Source: an uncultured Coriobacteriales bacterium
Lineage (GTDB): Bacteria > Actinomycetota > Coriobacteriia > Coriobacteriales > UMGS124
DNA length: 64,000 nt
Direction of reading: 5' to 3'
Assembly (NCBI GenBank): GCA_902464015.1
Contig: CABQHM010000008.1
Location: forward strand, 6,253-70,252
Shown here piece after piece: positions 8,386 through 18,175 of this stretch. The number at the start of each line of letters is the position of its first letter. The first letter of the stretch is position 1. The notes beneath the pieces were generated by a model. It was not told the origin of the DNA. It did no database searches and saw only the letters and a program-made list of their open reading frames with translations. The translations under genes and the position numbers were made by a program.

Positions 8386-10884
8386 ATGACGAGAGACGTT
8401 GAAACCCCCACGTGCATCGAGGTGCGCGGGACCCGGGTGCACAACCTCAAAGACATCGACATCGACATTCCACTGGGCGAACTTGTGGGTGTAGCCGGCG
8501 TGTCGGGTTCGGGCAAGAGCTCGCTGGCGCTTGGCGTGCTCTATGCGGAAGGCAGCAGGCGCTATCTCGAGGCGCTCTCCACCTACACGCGCCGTCGCCT
8601 CACGCAGGCGGGTCGTGCCAGTGTCGACGAGGTGCTGCATGTGCCGGCAGCACTCGCGCTGCACCAACGTCCTGCCGTACCGGGTGTGCGCTCGACTTTC
8701 GGTACCATGACCGAGCTGCTCAACAGCCTGCGCCTTTTGTTTTCGCGTTGCGCCGAGCACGTATGCCCGCATTGCGGAACCCGCTGTGCGCCGACGCTCA
8801 ATGTGGCGGCTGGCAAGTCCATCACCTGCCCCTCATGCGGGCGCGACTTCAACGCGCCCGGCGCAGAGGACCTCGCGTTCAACTCTGGCGGTGCCTGCCC
8901 CACCTGCGGTGGCACGGGCGTGGTGCGCGAGGTGGACCTTGCGAGCCTGGTGCCTGACGAGACGCTCTCCATCGACGAGGGTGCGGTCAAGCCCTGGGGC
9001 AGCCTCATGTGGGATCTCATGAAGCAGGTCGCGGGCGCCATGGGCGTGCGCACCAATGTGCCGTTCAACCAGCTCACGGCCGAGGAACGAGACATCGTCT
9101 TCAATGGTCCCGCCGTGAAGAAGCACATCCTGTACCACCCCAAGTCGGGCGACGATTTCGCTGAGCTCGACTTTACCTATTACAACGCTGTGTATACCGT
9201 GGAGAACGCCCTGGCCAAGGCCAAGGACGAAAAGGGTCTGGCGCGCGTTGCCAAGTTCCTGCACGAGGGAACATGCCGCGACTGCGCCGGCACGCGCCTG
9301 TCCGAGTGCGCCCGTGCCCCTCGCGTGTGCGGTCTGACGTTGCCCGAGGCATGTGCGCTTACGCTCGACGACGCTGTGGTATGGGTGCGCGACGTGCCTG
9401 AGCAGCTGCCCGAGGCGATGCAGCCCATGGCGCGCAACATCTGCGAGTCGTTCCTCGACGTGTCGAAGCGCCTCGTGGAGCTCGGCCTGGGATACCTGTC
9501 GCTTGACCGCGCGGGCGCCACGCTCTCTACCGGCGAGAGGCAGCGTGTGCAGCTGGCCCGTGCCGTGCGCAACCGCACGACGGGCGTGCTCTACGTGCTC
9601 GACGAGCCTTCCATCGGCCTGCACCCGGCGAATGTCGACGGTCTGCTCGGCGTGATGCGCGATCTGGTGGCCGACGGCAACTCCGTTGTGGTGGTTGACC
9701 ATGACACGCGCGTGCTTGCCGCGTGCGACCACTTGGTTGAGATGGGCCCCGTGGCAGGCGCAGGCGGTGGCCATGTCATCGCCCAGGGCACGGTTGCCGA
9801 GGTCGCCGCCTGCGAGGGGAGCCGCATCGCACCCTTCCTGCATGAAGATATGCATATGTATGTGCGCAATCGCACCTCTGCCCTGGAGATGTTCGAGGCG
9901 GGCTGCATCCATCTGGAAACTGGCGCCCTGCACACCGTGCATCCCCTCAGCGTTGACATTCCTCGAGGTAGACTCGTTGCCGTGACCGGCGTGTCGGGCT
10001 CGGGCAAGACGACCCTCGTGCTTGAGACGCTCGTGCCCGCGCTCAAAGCCGCTGCGGCGGGGGAGCCGCTGCCTTCCCATGTGCGCGCAATCGACGCCGA
10101 GGGCATCATGCGAGCTGAACTTATCGACGCCACGCCCATCGGTGCCAACGTGCGCTCCACGGTGGCAACCTATGCCGACGTGCACGACGAGCTGCGCCGC
10201 GCCTTTGCGCGCACCGACGAGGCGAAGGTTGCCGGGCTCAAGGCGGGAGATTTCTCGTACAACACGGGATCGCTGCGCTGCCCCACTTGCGACGGCACAG
10301 GTTCCATCTCGCTCGACGTGCAGTTCCTGCCTGACGTGGACATCGAGTGCCCCGATTGCCGCGGTTCGCGCTATGCCGAGGCGGCCTGGCATATTCACCG
10401 AGGCTGCGACGGTGGGGCGCTCTTCACGTTGCCCCAGCTCATGGAGTTGAGCGTGGATGAGGCACTCGATGCGTGCCTGGGAATCAAGAAGGTCTCAGCT
10501 CGTCTGCAGACCTTGCATGACCTGGGCTTGGGCTATCTCACGCTCGGCGAGCCCACGCCTGCTCTGTCGGGCGGCGAGGCCCAGCGTCTCAAGCTTGCCA
10601 GCGAGATGGGCCGCGTGCAGGGCGGTGCGGTCTTCGTGTTCGATGAGCCCACCATCGGCCTGCACCCGCTTGACGTGCAGGTGCTGCTTGGCGTGTTCGA
10701 CCGTCTCGTGCAGGCCGGCGCCACCGTCGTCGTCATCGAGCACGACCTCGACGTTATCCGCAACGCCGATCACATCGTCGACATGGGCCCGGGCGGTGGC
10801 GCGTCGGGTGGCCGCATCGTGTGCGCGGGAACTCCCGAGCAGGTGGCGGCCTGCCCCGAGAGCGTCACGGGAAGGTATATATAA
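8386..10884 (+). CDS. UvrA-like ABC ATPase (short class-II, UvrA2/DrrC-like paralog)
   Basis: Track ORF 8257..10884, start ATG 8386 (MTRDVETPTCIEVRGTRVHNLKDIDIDIP). Two Walker A motifs (GVSGSGKSSLA, GVSGSGKTTL). Signatures LSTGERQR and LSGGEAQR. CxxC zinc modules. About 830 aa, shorter than canonical UvrA. Confidence 0.85.
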   Translation: MTRDVETPTCIEVRGTRVHNLKDIDIDIPLGELVGVAGVSGSGKSSLALGVLYAEGSRRYLEALSTYTRRRLTQAGRASVDEVLHVPAALALHQRPAVPGVRSTFGTMTELLNSLRLLFSRCAEHVCPHCGTRCAPTLNVAAGKSITCPSCGRDFNAPGAEDLAFNSGGACPTCGGTGVVREVDLASLVPDETLSIDEGAVKPWGSLMWDLMKQVAGAMGVRTNVPFNQLTAEERDIVFNGPAVKKHILYHPKSGDDFAELDFTYYNAVYTVENALAKAKDEKGLARVAKFLHEGTCRDCAGTRLSECARAPRVCGLTLPEACALTLDDAVVWVRDVPEQLPEAMQPMARNICESFLDVSKRLVELGLGYLSLDRAGATLSTGERQRVQLARAVRNRTTGVLYVLDEPSIGLHPANVDGLLGVMRDLVADGNSVVVVDHDTRVLAACDHLVEMGPVAGAGGGHVIAQGTVAEVAACEGSRIAPFLHEDMHMYVRNRTSALEMFEAGCIHLETGALHTVHPLSVDIPRGRLVAVTGVSGSGKTTLVLETLVPALKAAAAGEPLPSHVRAIDAEGIMRAELIDATPIGANVRSTVATYADVHDELRRAFARTDEAKVAGLKAGDFSYNTGSLRCPTCDGTGSISLDVQFLPDVDIECPDCRGSRYAEAAWHIHRGCDGGALFTLPQLMELSVDEALDACLGIKKVSARLQTLHDLGLGYLTLGEPTPALSGGEAQRLKLASEMGRVQGGAVFVFDEPTIGLHPLDVQVLLGVFDRLVQAGATVVVIEHDLDVIRNADHIVDMGPGGGASGGRIVCAGTPEQVAACPESVTGRYI

Positions 10885-10885
10885 G

Positions 10886-12151
10886 ATGGGGTGCACAGAC
10901 AAGGGCAAGCGCACCGATCCGATCATGACGAACAGCGCTGCGCTGCGCGTGCTGTATGACCTGGCCGGTGGTCGCATGAAGACATGGGGGGCGCTCGGCC
11001 GCGAGCTTGGGGCCATGCTGGGGGAGGAGGCGGCCGCGGGGCAGACGAGTGCCGTGGCGAGCAGCCTGCCGCCCGTCAACGTCGACGACATCTACAAGCG
11101 CAACCGACCCTGGCCGAGCGGCTTCGGCCCCAAGGAATACTGCCGGGCGTTTCGCAAGTACGCCGACGAGGGCCATGCATCCCATTACGGGGCGCTGCTC
11201 AAGGTGCAGCAGTCCCTTGAGGCCAGCAATGCCTACACACCGCAGGTCAAGGCCCTTATGGAGAACATCCGTCCCGATGCCGACGACCGCGAGGTAGCCG
11301 AGGGCCTCGAGCGCGTGATGGAGGCGATCGTCGAGACGGCGCGTCCGTACAACAAGGTGGGCTCGCCTGCCGGCCCGGTGCCGCGTGAGGACGAGCGGAG
11401 CGGGGAGGCTAGCGAGACTTGCTCGGCGGAGCGCCAGATTGCTTGCGACCTCGCGGCTGCAACCACGCGTGGAGTCGATTGCGGGCTTAGCATGGACGGG
11501 CCCGCAATGGTTGCAGCGGGGCGCACAACCGGCACGGTGGCGCCTGTTGCCCGCGCGATGGGGCATGAGCCTGGCGCTGCCCGCAATGCCGCGTTGCCTG
11601 CACAAACGTGCCCTTCTGCTGCCGGGGCCGGCTGTGATTCTCATGTGAGTATGGCCACTGCGTCATGCGAGGAGATTGGCCTTCCGCGTATCGTGCAGCT
11701 GCTTGAGTCCTGCGCCTTTGGCAAGACCGGCGTCAAGATTCTGATGTGCGTTGTTCCCGCGCGACTACTAGGCGCGCCTGCCTTGCATGCCGACCTGACC
11801 CAAGCCTGCGAGCAGGGTCTTTCTCCTCAAGCGCAGGCGGCGCTTGCCCAGGAGCTCTGCTGTGACTCGGGCCTTGCGTGCCGGTCGATGAGACGCAGCT
11901 GCGAGGCACTTGTGGCCGGTGGCGCAATAGACGCCGACAGGGTCTTTTCCTGTGCAACCTCGCTGTTCGCCGCTTCGTCTGGCCGCCCGGCAGGCGCCGA
12001 GCTTTCCCGCGCGCGGTCGTTCTACACGCGCTATGCCGACGGTGACGCGGCCCGGGCCCTGCTCTGCCTGATCTTGACGGGACTTGTTGGCATCCCAGGG
12101 TTCAATCGCATTATGATGTGCCCCGACGTTGGCCTTCTGTTGGCCCATTAA
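10886..12151 (+). CDS. Hypothetical protein coupled to the UvrA-like gene
   Basis: ATG 10886 lies 2 nt after the uvrA-like stop. The N-terminal third looks like a folded domain (YKRNRPWPSGFGPKEYCRAFRKYADEGH). The middle is a low-complexity Ala/Gly region and the C-terminal part is Cys-rich. I recognise no family. Confidence 0.5.
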   Translation: MGCTDKGKRTDPIMTNSAALRVLYDLAGGRMKTWGALGRELGAMLGEEAAAGQTSAVASSLPPVNVDDIYKRNRPWPSGFGPKEYCRAFRKYADEGHASHYGALLKVQQSLEASNAYTPQVKALMENIRPDADDREVAEGLERVMEAIVETARPYNKVGSPAGPVPREDERSGEASETCSAERQIACDLAAATTRGVDCGLSMDGPAMVAAGRTTGTVAPVARAMGHEPGAARNAALPAQTCPSAAGAGCDSHVSMATASCEEIGLPRIVQLLESCAFGKTGVKILMCVVPARLLGAPALHADLTQACEQGLSPQAQAALAQELCCDSGLACRSMRRSCEALVAGGAIDADRVFSCATSLFAASSGRPAGAELSRARSFYTRYADGDAARALLCLILTGLVGIPGFNRIMMCPDVGLLLAH

Positions 12152-12173
12152 CTTTGCGAGAGGAATTGCATCC

Positions 12174-13220
12174 ATGGACGATTTCGCCGAACTGCTCAAA
12201 TCCATGTCGGCTGCCCATGTCGACTCGAATACTGTTTGCGACGATGAGTGCGCTGCCGACCTGCCCAGGTTCATGTCGGTCAAGGAGGCCGAGTCGTGCG
12301 TCGACGGGCCCGAGGGACGAATGGGCGGAGGGGAGTACTTCCGCAAGGCTGCCCGCAGCGTGCTCGACCCGGGCAACGACGTCTTCGGCACTGCGACTGA
12401 GTTCTTCAACTACATGAACTCCTACCTGTGCGCCGGCGACTATTTCACCGCGCTCAAGCTGTCGCGCCGTGCCTTGGAGCTCTATCCCTACAACGTCGAC
12501 CTCATCTCGGCTGCCCTTCAGGCCGCAAACGGCTGCGCACAGTTCGACACATGTGCTGAGCTGCTCGAACGTGCTCGCCGTATCCCTCAGGCCATTTGGA
12601 ACTGGCGCCTTTTCATCTTCACCATCGAGTACTACCAGGCGTACCTGTACTCGTGCGATCCTGCTCTCATTGAGGGCGTGCTTAACGACGCTCTTGCCGT
12701 GGCGCGTGACTATCAGCGCTGCCTGCCGCGCGATGAGCGTGGTTACGACAAGGAGGCCGAGCTGTTGCTCTACGCCAACCGCGTGGAAGAGGCGCAGGCA
12801 GTGCTTGAGCGTGCAATTTTCGGCAAGGTGACGTTGGCCGACGGCACGGCGGCGAGTCTCGTTGCCCCGCAGTGTTGCGTCACGATGCTCGACGACGTGC
12901 TGGGCGACAGCACGGATTACGAACTCATCGCTCGTGTGGCGCAGCGCGGCGTGCGCAACACTGCACAGGCTCAGCCCAGCGCCAACATCGGCTATTTCAT
13001 GTACCGCGAGGCCTTGGCGCTTGACGCGCTCGTGTGCGACGCGGCCGACGAGCGCGACGGTTTCCGCAACGGGGAGCGCGTGCGCAACGCCCTCGTCGCC
13101 TATCGGTGTGCCTACGGAATACTTGAGGGGCGTTCGGCGTTCCGCACGACCATTGAGCGCCGCTACTCGGTGCTGTGCCACAAGGGCGGCGTGACCGACA
13201 TGCCGCTGACAGAAGAGTAG
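12174..13220 (+). CDS. Hypothetical helical-repeat (TPR-like) protein
   Basis: Track ORF 12129..13220. ATG 12174 follows GAGAGGAA. Repeated helix pairs (YLCAGDYFTALKLSRRALELYPYNVDLISAAL...). The fully overlapping minus ORF 12111..13181 has antisense-type composition. Confidence 0.55.
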   Translation: MDDFAELLKSMSAAHVDSNTVCDDECAADLPRFMSVKEAESCVDGPEGRMGGGEYFRKAARSVLDPGNDVFGTATEFFNYMNSYLCAGDYFTALKLSRRALELYPYNVDLISAALQAANGCAQFDTCAELLERARRIPQAIWNWRLFIFTIEYYQAYLYSCDPALIEGVLNDALAVARDYQRCLPRDERGYDKEAELLLYANRVEEAQAVLERAIFGKVTLADGTAASLVAPQCCVTMLDDVLGDSTDYELIARVAQRGVRNTAQAQPSANIGYFMYREALALDALVCDAADERDGFRNGERVRNALVAYRCAYGILEGRSAFRTTIERRYSVLCHKGGVTDMPLTEE

Positions 13221-13272
13221 GGTCAGTGCCGCCTAGTGGGGCTCATTCCATCTACCAGCGATTTTTATGGCA

Positions 13273-13318
13273 AGGACCTCCAACTCACAATTCGGTGAGG
13301 CGGAGGTCCTGCTTTCTT
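13273..13318 (+). terminator. Rho-independent terminator
   Basis: AGGACCTCCAACTCACAATTCGGTGAGGCGGAGGTCCT followed by GCTTTCTT. Confidence 0.7.
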
Positions 13319-13451
13319 GCGGTGTGTGCTCATGGACGTTCCCGCGCTGATGGAGGCCTCAGGCCCATGCCATGTGTCGGCGACCCACCCTCACGGGTGG
13401 TTTTGAGCTGGCGAGAGATGCAGGCCCATACCATGTGCCTGCATCTCTCGT

Positions 13452-14024
13452 TCACGGGCGGTCGTTGAGGTGGAGGTGGCGCGAGAAGGTCTTCTCGTAG
13501 TCGGCACGCAGTGCCATGGCCTGTGCCGCAAGCTCCTCGGCCGCCTTGCTCACGGCACAGGTGGCGGTTGCCGACGCGGTCGCATCGAGACGGGCGGCGC
13601 GCAGGTAGGTGGCCGAGACGATGTCGAGGCACTGCTGCTCGACCAGGGCCAGCGTCTGCGCGTGCTCGCTTGCCGAGAGGGCCTTGTCCACCGATGAGCC
13701 CACCTTTGCGCGAATCTGCTCGCACAGATACAGGGCGTCCCTGCTCGTGCGGGCGTCGGCAAGCTTGAGCGCATAGGTGCCGAGCGCCTCGTCGGTGCAG
13801 GCACGGGCGTCGCTGAACATCTGCGCAGCCTCGTGGAGCGCCTCGGCGACGCGACCTTTGCGCTGTGATTCGATGCCTGCCAGGTATTGGCTCGTGGCCA
13901 CGCCGTCGCGAACGGAGATGTTGCCCTCCTTGCGGCGGTCGAAGAAGCCCGCAATACGTGCCGCCAGCTTGCCGCGCGGCTTAACCTTCTGACGGTCCTT
14001 GATGGCTCTCGTTGCGCTAGTCAT
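13452..14024 (-). CDS. Hypothetical all-helical protein; last gene of the 7-gene operon
   Basis: Track ORF 13452..14201. ATG 14024 (MTSATRAIKDRQKVKPRG) overlaps the upstream stop by 8 nt (GGATGACTAG) and is preceded by GGAGG. Confidence 0.55.
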   Translation of the reverse strand: MTSATRAIKDRQKVKPRGKLAARIAGFFDRRKEGNISVRDGVATSQYLAGIESQRKGRVAEALHEAAQMFSDARACTDEALGTYALKLADARTSRDALYLCEQIRAKVGSSVDKALSASEHAQTLALVEQQCLDIVSATYLRAARLDATASATATCAVSKAAEELAAQAMALRADYEKTFSRHLHLNDRP

Positions 14025-14334
14025 CCAAATCGACCTCCAATTCCTTCTCGCGCAGGCGCTTGAGGCGGGCCAGGCACTGCTCGCGCGACTCCTCAAGCTG
14101 GCGGATGCTTGCCTCGCACTCCACGGCCGCTTCCTCGTCGCCATAGATCTCCTTGGCCAATGCCTTGCGCAGGACCTCCTTGTCCATGCGGGCGGCGGCA
14201 TCCAGGCGCGCCTTGTAGGCGCTGGCTTCGTTGTCGGTAAGGCGTCCGTTGTGGTTCTTGGCGTGGCCGCGCGCCTCCTCGAGCACCTTGGTGACGCCGT
14301 CAGTGAACGTGCACACGGTGTAGCGCTTTTTCAT
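14017..14334 (-). CDS. Small coiled-coil protein (105 aa)
   Basis: GAGGAGG lies 6 nt before ATG 14334. The sequence is heptad-like and charged (RQLEESREQCLARLKRLREKELEVDLDD). Confidence 0.6.
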   Translation of the reverse strand: MKKRYTVCTFTDGVTKVLEEARGHAKNHNGRLTDNEASAYKARLDAAARMDKEVLRKALAKEIYGDEEAAVECEASIRQLEESREQCLARLKRLREKELEVDLDD

Positions 14335-14358
14335 AGTTGACCTCCTCGTGTGGGTGCC

Positions 14359-15642
14359 TTACTGGCTGACGATTGCGACGACCCGGCGGTTCTGCTGCGC
14401 TGCATCCTTGTCCTGCGTGCCGTCGGCCAGGATGTCGGGCACATGTTTGACCAGGTCGTTTGACTGGTCTCCTAGGCCGATGACGGTGATGCGCTCGGCG
14501 CCGACGCCAGCGTCGGTGAGCATTTTTGCCACGGCCTGGGCGCGCTCGAGCCCCAACGGCACGCCGTGGTCCTCACGCCAGGGGCACCCGGCGGTGCTTC
14601 CCACGAGCGTGACTGTTGAGGTGGGATAGTTGGCCATCGTGGAAGCGAGCTCGGCCACAGCTTGGCGAGCGGCGTCGGGGTCTGCCAGCTCGGCCGTGTC
14701 AGGCACGAAGGGAACGGTCGTGTCGTCGAAATTGACGACGGCGACGGGCTCTGCCACGGGTTCCGGCTCCGGCTCGGGATCAGGTTCGGGTTCGGGGGTC
14801 TGCGGAATCTCGACGTCGACCGTGACTTGGGGCAGCTCCACTGTCGACACGGGGTACGCGCCTTCGGTTTCCTTGCCGGAGAGGGGCGCCGTCACGTACT
14901 GCACCTCGCCCACACCACAGGCGAGCAGAATCTGGCTCCAAAGGTCCTTGAGGTCGTTTGCCTGGGCGGTGTTGGGCGCGACCTGGTCGCCGGCTGTGAC
15001 GCCTGCGCCGTAGATGACGACCTTCGAGACGCATGACATGTCGGGGAGCAGCGGCTTGAGCTGTTCGACCACGCGGGCATGAAGCTCCTCGCTCGTGATG
15101 TCGCTGCCCGCAGGGGCGCTTACCCACTCGGGATGTTCAGCGAGGTTCACCACGCCTGCGGTAGACAGAAGGCTTGAGAAGAGGTGCACGATGTGCGAGC
15201 CAGGTGCCTGGGCAAGCGATGCGGCGGCGGCGCTCAGCCCGCCCAAGACGTCGGTCTCGGCGCACTGTGCTTGAGCACCTGCGGCCTCATTGACGAACGC
15301 CTCGGCGATGGCCTGGGCTTGCGTGGCGCGCACCTGGGCTGCCGTTGAGGAGGCTGCGGCAGACTGCACGCCGCCCTCGAGCACGGTGCGCGGGTGGCCG
15401 TCGGCGATGAGGACGTCAACCCAGCCTCCGGTTGAGGCTGTCTCGGTGAGCACGTCACCCAGGAGCTCGTAGGGGTATACCTCCTGGTTAGACACGTTGC
15501 TGGCCACAATGGCGACCGAGGATGGCGCTGTGTCCTCACCAGAACATCCGCTGGCAAACAGGGCAAGAGCGGCGCACAGGGCGCACAGGGCGACCTTGAT
15601 GGGTCCTGCGAGTAAGCGGTGAAAATCAAGATTCTTCATCAT
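14359..15642 (-). CDS. Lipoprotein with a vWA-like (MIDAS-less) region, a PE-repeat linker and a C-terminal OmpA-like peptidoglycan-binding domain
   Basis: AAAGGAG precedes ATGATG at 15642. Lipobox LALFASGCSG. Linker PEPEPDPEPEPEP. The C-terminus (GLERAQAVAKML...QQNRRVVAIV) is typical of OmpA/MotB-like domains. The vWA-like call is inferred from the strand/helix pattern (VAIVASNVSN, TDVLGGLSAA, IVHLFSSLLSTAG). Confidence 0.8.
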   Translation of the reverse strand: MMKNLDFHRLLAGPIKVALCALCAALALFASGCSGEDTAPSSVAIVASNVSNQEVYPYELLGDVLTETASTGGWVDVLIADGHPRTVLEGGVQSAAASSTAAQVRATQAQAIAEAFVNEAAGAQAQCAETDVLGGLSAAAASLAQAPGSHIVHLFSSLLSTAGVVNLAEHPEWVSAPAGSDITSEELHARVVEQLKPLLPDMSCVSKVVIYGAGVTAGDQVAPNTAQANDLKDLWSQILLACGVGEVQYVTAPLSGKETEGAYPVSTVELPQVTVDVEIPQTPEPEPDPEPEPEPVAEPVAVVNFDDTTVPFVPDTAELADPDAARQAVAELASTMANYPTSTVTLVGSTAGCPWREDHGVPLGLERAQAVAKMLTDAGVGAERITVIGLGDQSNDLVKHVPDILADGTQDKDAAQQNRRVVAIVSQ

Positions 15643-15666
15643 GACGGGCTCCTTTCTTGGGGTCGT

Positions 15667-16365
15667 TTACCAGCGGTTGGTGAGTGCGTCGATCTCGGCC
15701 TTCGCCTTGAGGAGCGCGGCGTCGATGATGGCCTCGCCGCTCTTGAGCCTCTCGCCGGCCTGGGTCGAGGCGAGCTTGGCGCGTGCTATCTGCAGGTCGT
15801 ACTCGTAGGCCTGCTTCGCCTCCTTCTCGATGGCTGCGGAGCGGCGCATCTCACGGGACAGGATGTAGGAGAGAGCGATGGTGGACACCATGCATACGAG
15901 CGTGAGCAGGGCAAACAGCGCGGCCGTCTCCATCTGGCCGGTTGCTGAGCCTGCCATTGCCTCGGCGGCGACGCCTGTGCCTGCCGTATTGCCGCTGGCC
16001 GAGGCCGCGAGCTGGCCGTAGAGGCGGATGGCCGCCACGGTCAAGGCCAGTCCCGCGGGCAGGACGAGCATCGCCTTGCTGTTCTTGCGGCCCGCAATCA
16101 TCGGGATGACGAGGATGAGTGCCGAGGCGATGGCGGCCACCACGAGGGCCTCAATGCCGGCGGTCATGCCCTGGGCGCGTTCGGCGGCGGTCGTGAGGCC
16201 GGCGCCTGTGAGGTTGCCGCCGAGCAGCAGCTCACAGGCGGTGTAGCTCAGCACGAAGTCGGCGGCCTCGGTGGCCACGAGGATGACGAGGCCGATCACC
16301 ATCCAGGGGTGGTAGGCGTCGCGGTGGATGGTCTTCATGACCTTGCGGGGGATGTCGTTGCTCAT
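15667..16365 (-). CDS. Polytopic membrane protein with a C-terminal coiled coil
   Basis: Track ORF 15667..16416 (GTG). ATG 16365 (MSNDIPRKVMK) is an alternative start. Four to five hydrophobic segments, then IEKEAKQAYEYDLQIARAKLASTQAGERLK. Confidence 0.6.
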   Translation of the reverse strand: MSNDIPRKVMKTIHRDAYHPWMVIGLVILVATEAADFVLSYTACELLLGGNLTGAGLTTAAERAQGMTAGIEALVVAAIASALILVIPMIAGRKNSKAMLVLPAGLALTVAAIRLYGQLAASASGNTAGTGVAAEAMAGSATGQMETAALFALLTLVCMVSTIALSYILSREMRRSAAIEKEAKQAYEYDLQIARAKLASTQAGERLKSGEAIIDAALLKAKAEIDALTNRW

Positions 16366-16482
16366 ATGCGCTCTCTTTTCGTATCGTGCGCCCCCAGGCG
16401 CGTTTGACAAGGCCACTATGGACCCGTGCGCGGCGCCCGACGAGACGCCGAAATGGTGCGTGTTCGGTGCGCCTTGCCTGGC

Positions 16483-17667
16483 TTATCCTGTGAAGCCCAC
16501 GGTGCGCTGCCCGTCGGCGCCGCCCAGGTCGGGCTGCTTGTAGGCCGCGCGCAGGTCGCAGGCCTCGATGAGGGGGCGGTCGCAGCGTACGGCGCACTCC
16601 ATGGTGGCGCGGTCGAAGAGGCGGCGGGCGGTGCGGGCGTTGGCGAAGTCGCGCTTGTTGCGCAGGCCCTCCAGGCAGCGCACGAGCTCGACATGGGCGT
16701 CGGGGTCCACGGCGAACCCGTGGTGGCGCGCGAAGAGGTCGAAGACCTGTGCCAGCTCGGCGGTCGTGTAGTCGTCGAACTCAACGCGCAGGCCAAAGCG
16801 GTCGCGAAGGCCGGAGTTGCGCTGGAAGAGCTGCTCGATGTCCTCGGGGTAGCCGGCGATGATGCACACGAGCTTGTCGCGCTCGGCCTCGAGCATCTCC
16901 ACGAGCGTGTCGATGGCCTCCTGGCCGTAGTCGCCGCCCGACAGCAGCGAGTACGCCTCGTCGATGAAGAGGATCCCACCCACGGCGCGCTCCACCACGG
17001 CGCGTGTCCTGCCGGGCGTCTGGCCCAGGTAGGGGGCCACAAGGTCGGCGGCCGTCGCCTTCACGAAGGTGCCCGTGCCGTCGGTGACGCCGAGCGCGTC
17101 GAGGTGGGCGAGAAGGCGGTGGGCGAGCTCGGTCTTGCCGGTGCCAGGGGCGCCCGTGAACGCCATGTGCAGGCATTCCACCGAGTCACGGCCGTGCTTT
17201 GCCACCAGGGCGCTCACCTTGCGGAGCATGTCGCGCTGCGTGTTGAGGCCGATGAGCCCCTTGAATGCGTCGTCGGGGTTGGCGGAGGGCTTGGGGCGCG
17301 GCTTGAGGTCGGAGGGCTTGGTGACGCCCGTGTCGCGGTTGTCGTTCGAGAGCTTCACCATGGCCTTGAGGGCAAAGGTTCCTGCGGTCTTAGGGTCGAG
17401 CCTCTTGTATGAGTCGAGCTTGTAGGGGCACATCGCCTCGATGAGGCCGCGCGGGTCAGCCGAGTCGTCGAGGTACTCGCGCAGGCGTCCCGAGCGGGCG
17501 AAGAAGGGCACGTGCATCTTTCCTTCTTTGCCCGCCACGGCCGAGAGGCACTCGATGCGCACGTCGTTTGCGGCAATCAGGTCGACGGATTTGGCGACGC
17601 GTTCCCAGTCGGGCTCGGTGCCCACGTCGAACATGCCGGCGAAATACTGTGCAGCACGCGTCGCCAT
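16483..17667 (-). CDS. AAA+ ATPase of the CbbX/SpoVK/EccA-like family
   Basis: Walker A FTGAPGTGKT; Walker B GGILFIDEAYSL. The family-typical tail DYGQEAIDTLVEMLEAERDKLVCIIAGYPEDIEQLFQRNSGLRDRF is present. The unique ~150-aa N-terminal domain has no TPR. AAGGAGGA precedes the ATG. Confidence 0.85.
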   Translation of the reverse strand: MATRAAQYFAGMFDVGTEPDWERVAKSVDLIAANDVRIECLSAVAGKEGKMHVPFFARSGRLREYLDDSADPRGLIEAMCPYKLDSYKRLDPKTAGTFALKAMVKLSNDNRDTGVTKPSDLKPRPKPSANPDDAFKGLIGLNTQRDMLRKVSALVAKHGRDSVECLHMAFTGAPGTGKTELAHRLLAHLDALGVTDGTGTFVKATAADLVAPYLGQTPGRTRAVVERAVGGILFIDEAYSLLSGGDYGQEAIDTLVEMLEAERDKLVCIIAGYPEDIEQLFQRNSGLRDRFGLRVEFDDYTTAELAQVFDLFARHHGFAVDPDAHVELVRCLEGLRNKRDFANARTARRLFDRATMECAVRCDRPLIEACDLRAAYKQPDLGGADGQRTVGFTG

Positions 17668-17672
17668 GGTCG

Positions 17673-18095
17673 CTAGTCCTCCTTCTTGGAATACACGTTT
17701 GCGACGTAGTCGATGACGAGGGGATAGAAGTGCTCGTCAAACCAGGCGAGCTCGGGCATCAGGGTGCGCTCGATGGTCTGGGGGTCGTAGTCGTGGATGT
17801 CGCGGCGCAAGACGACCTCGCCGTCCTTGGGGTCGAAGGAGAGGTCGATCATCTCCTCGTCGTCGCACACGAACTGGAAGCGCTCGAATCCGCGGCGTGC
17901 CTCGCGGGGAATCTGCACGCTCGGGGTGAAGCGCAGGTAAGGGGTTTGAGAGCCCTTCTCGATGGTGACGCCGCAGCTCAGGTGCTGCAGGCGGAAGATG
18001 GCGTAGACGCTGTCGTCGTCCGCGGCACGCCAGGTCACTCCGGCGATCTCCTTGCCGACGAGGCCGGTCTCGTTCTTCTCAGCGTTGATAAGCAT
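17673..18095 (-). CDS. Hypothetical 140-aa protein
   Basis: Tail of track ORF 17673..18668. ATG 18095 follows CAGGAGGAACACC. The stop lies 5 nt before the ATPase start. Confidence 0.6.
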   Translation of the reverse strand: MLINAEKNETGLVGKEIAGVTWRAADDDSVYAIFRLQHLSCGVTIEKGSQTPYLRFTPSVQIPREARRGFERFQFVCDDEEMIDLSFDPKDGEVVLRRDIHDYDPQTIERTLMPELAWFDEHFYPLVIDYVANVYSKKED

Positions 18096-18175
18096 GGTGT
18101 TCCTCCTGTGGGGTGGGTTGTGTTTTATGTTGGTGGGCGAGGGCAGATGAAACCGTAACGGTTTCGTAGGGTGCG

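Noticed and set aside
8139-8516. 5' extensions of several track ORFs: 6567..8516, 8257..10884, 33469..35811, 35724..36554, 23954..25417, 26322..27569, 27786..28892, 17673..18668, 13452..14201.
   Set aside because: The extended parts are Arg/Pro-rich nonsense overlapping neighbouring genes or promoters. Internal starts are preceded by good SDs and give proper Tat signals or family-typical N-termini.
13355-13445. Repeated AGGCCCAT(G/A)CCATGTG and several hairpins in the 13.2-13.45 kb spacer.
   Set aside because: They are most simply explained as stacked terminators for the two convergent operons. The repeat is short and occurs inside terminator stems.
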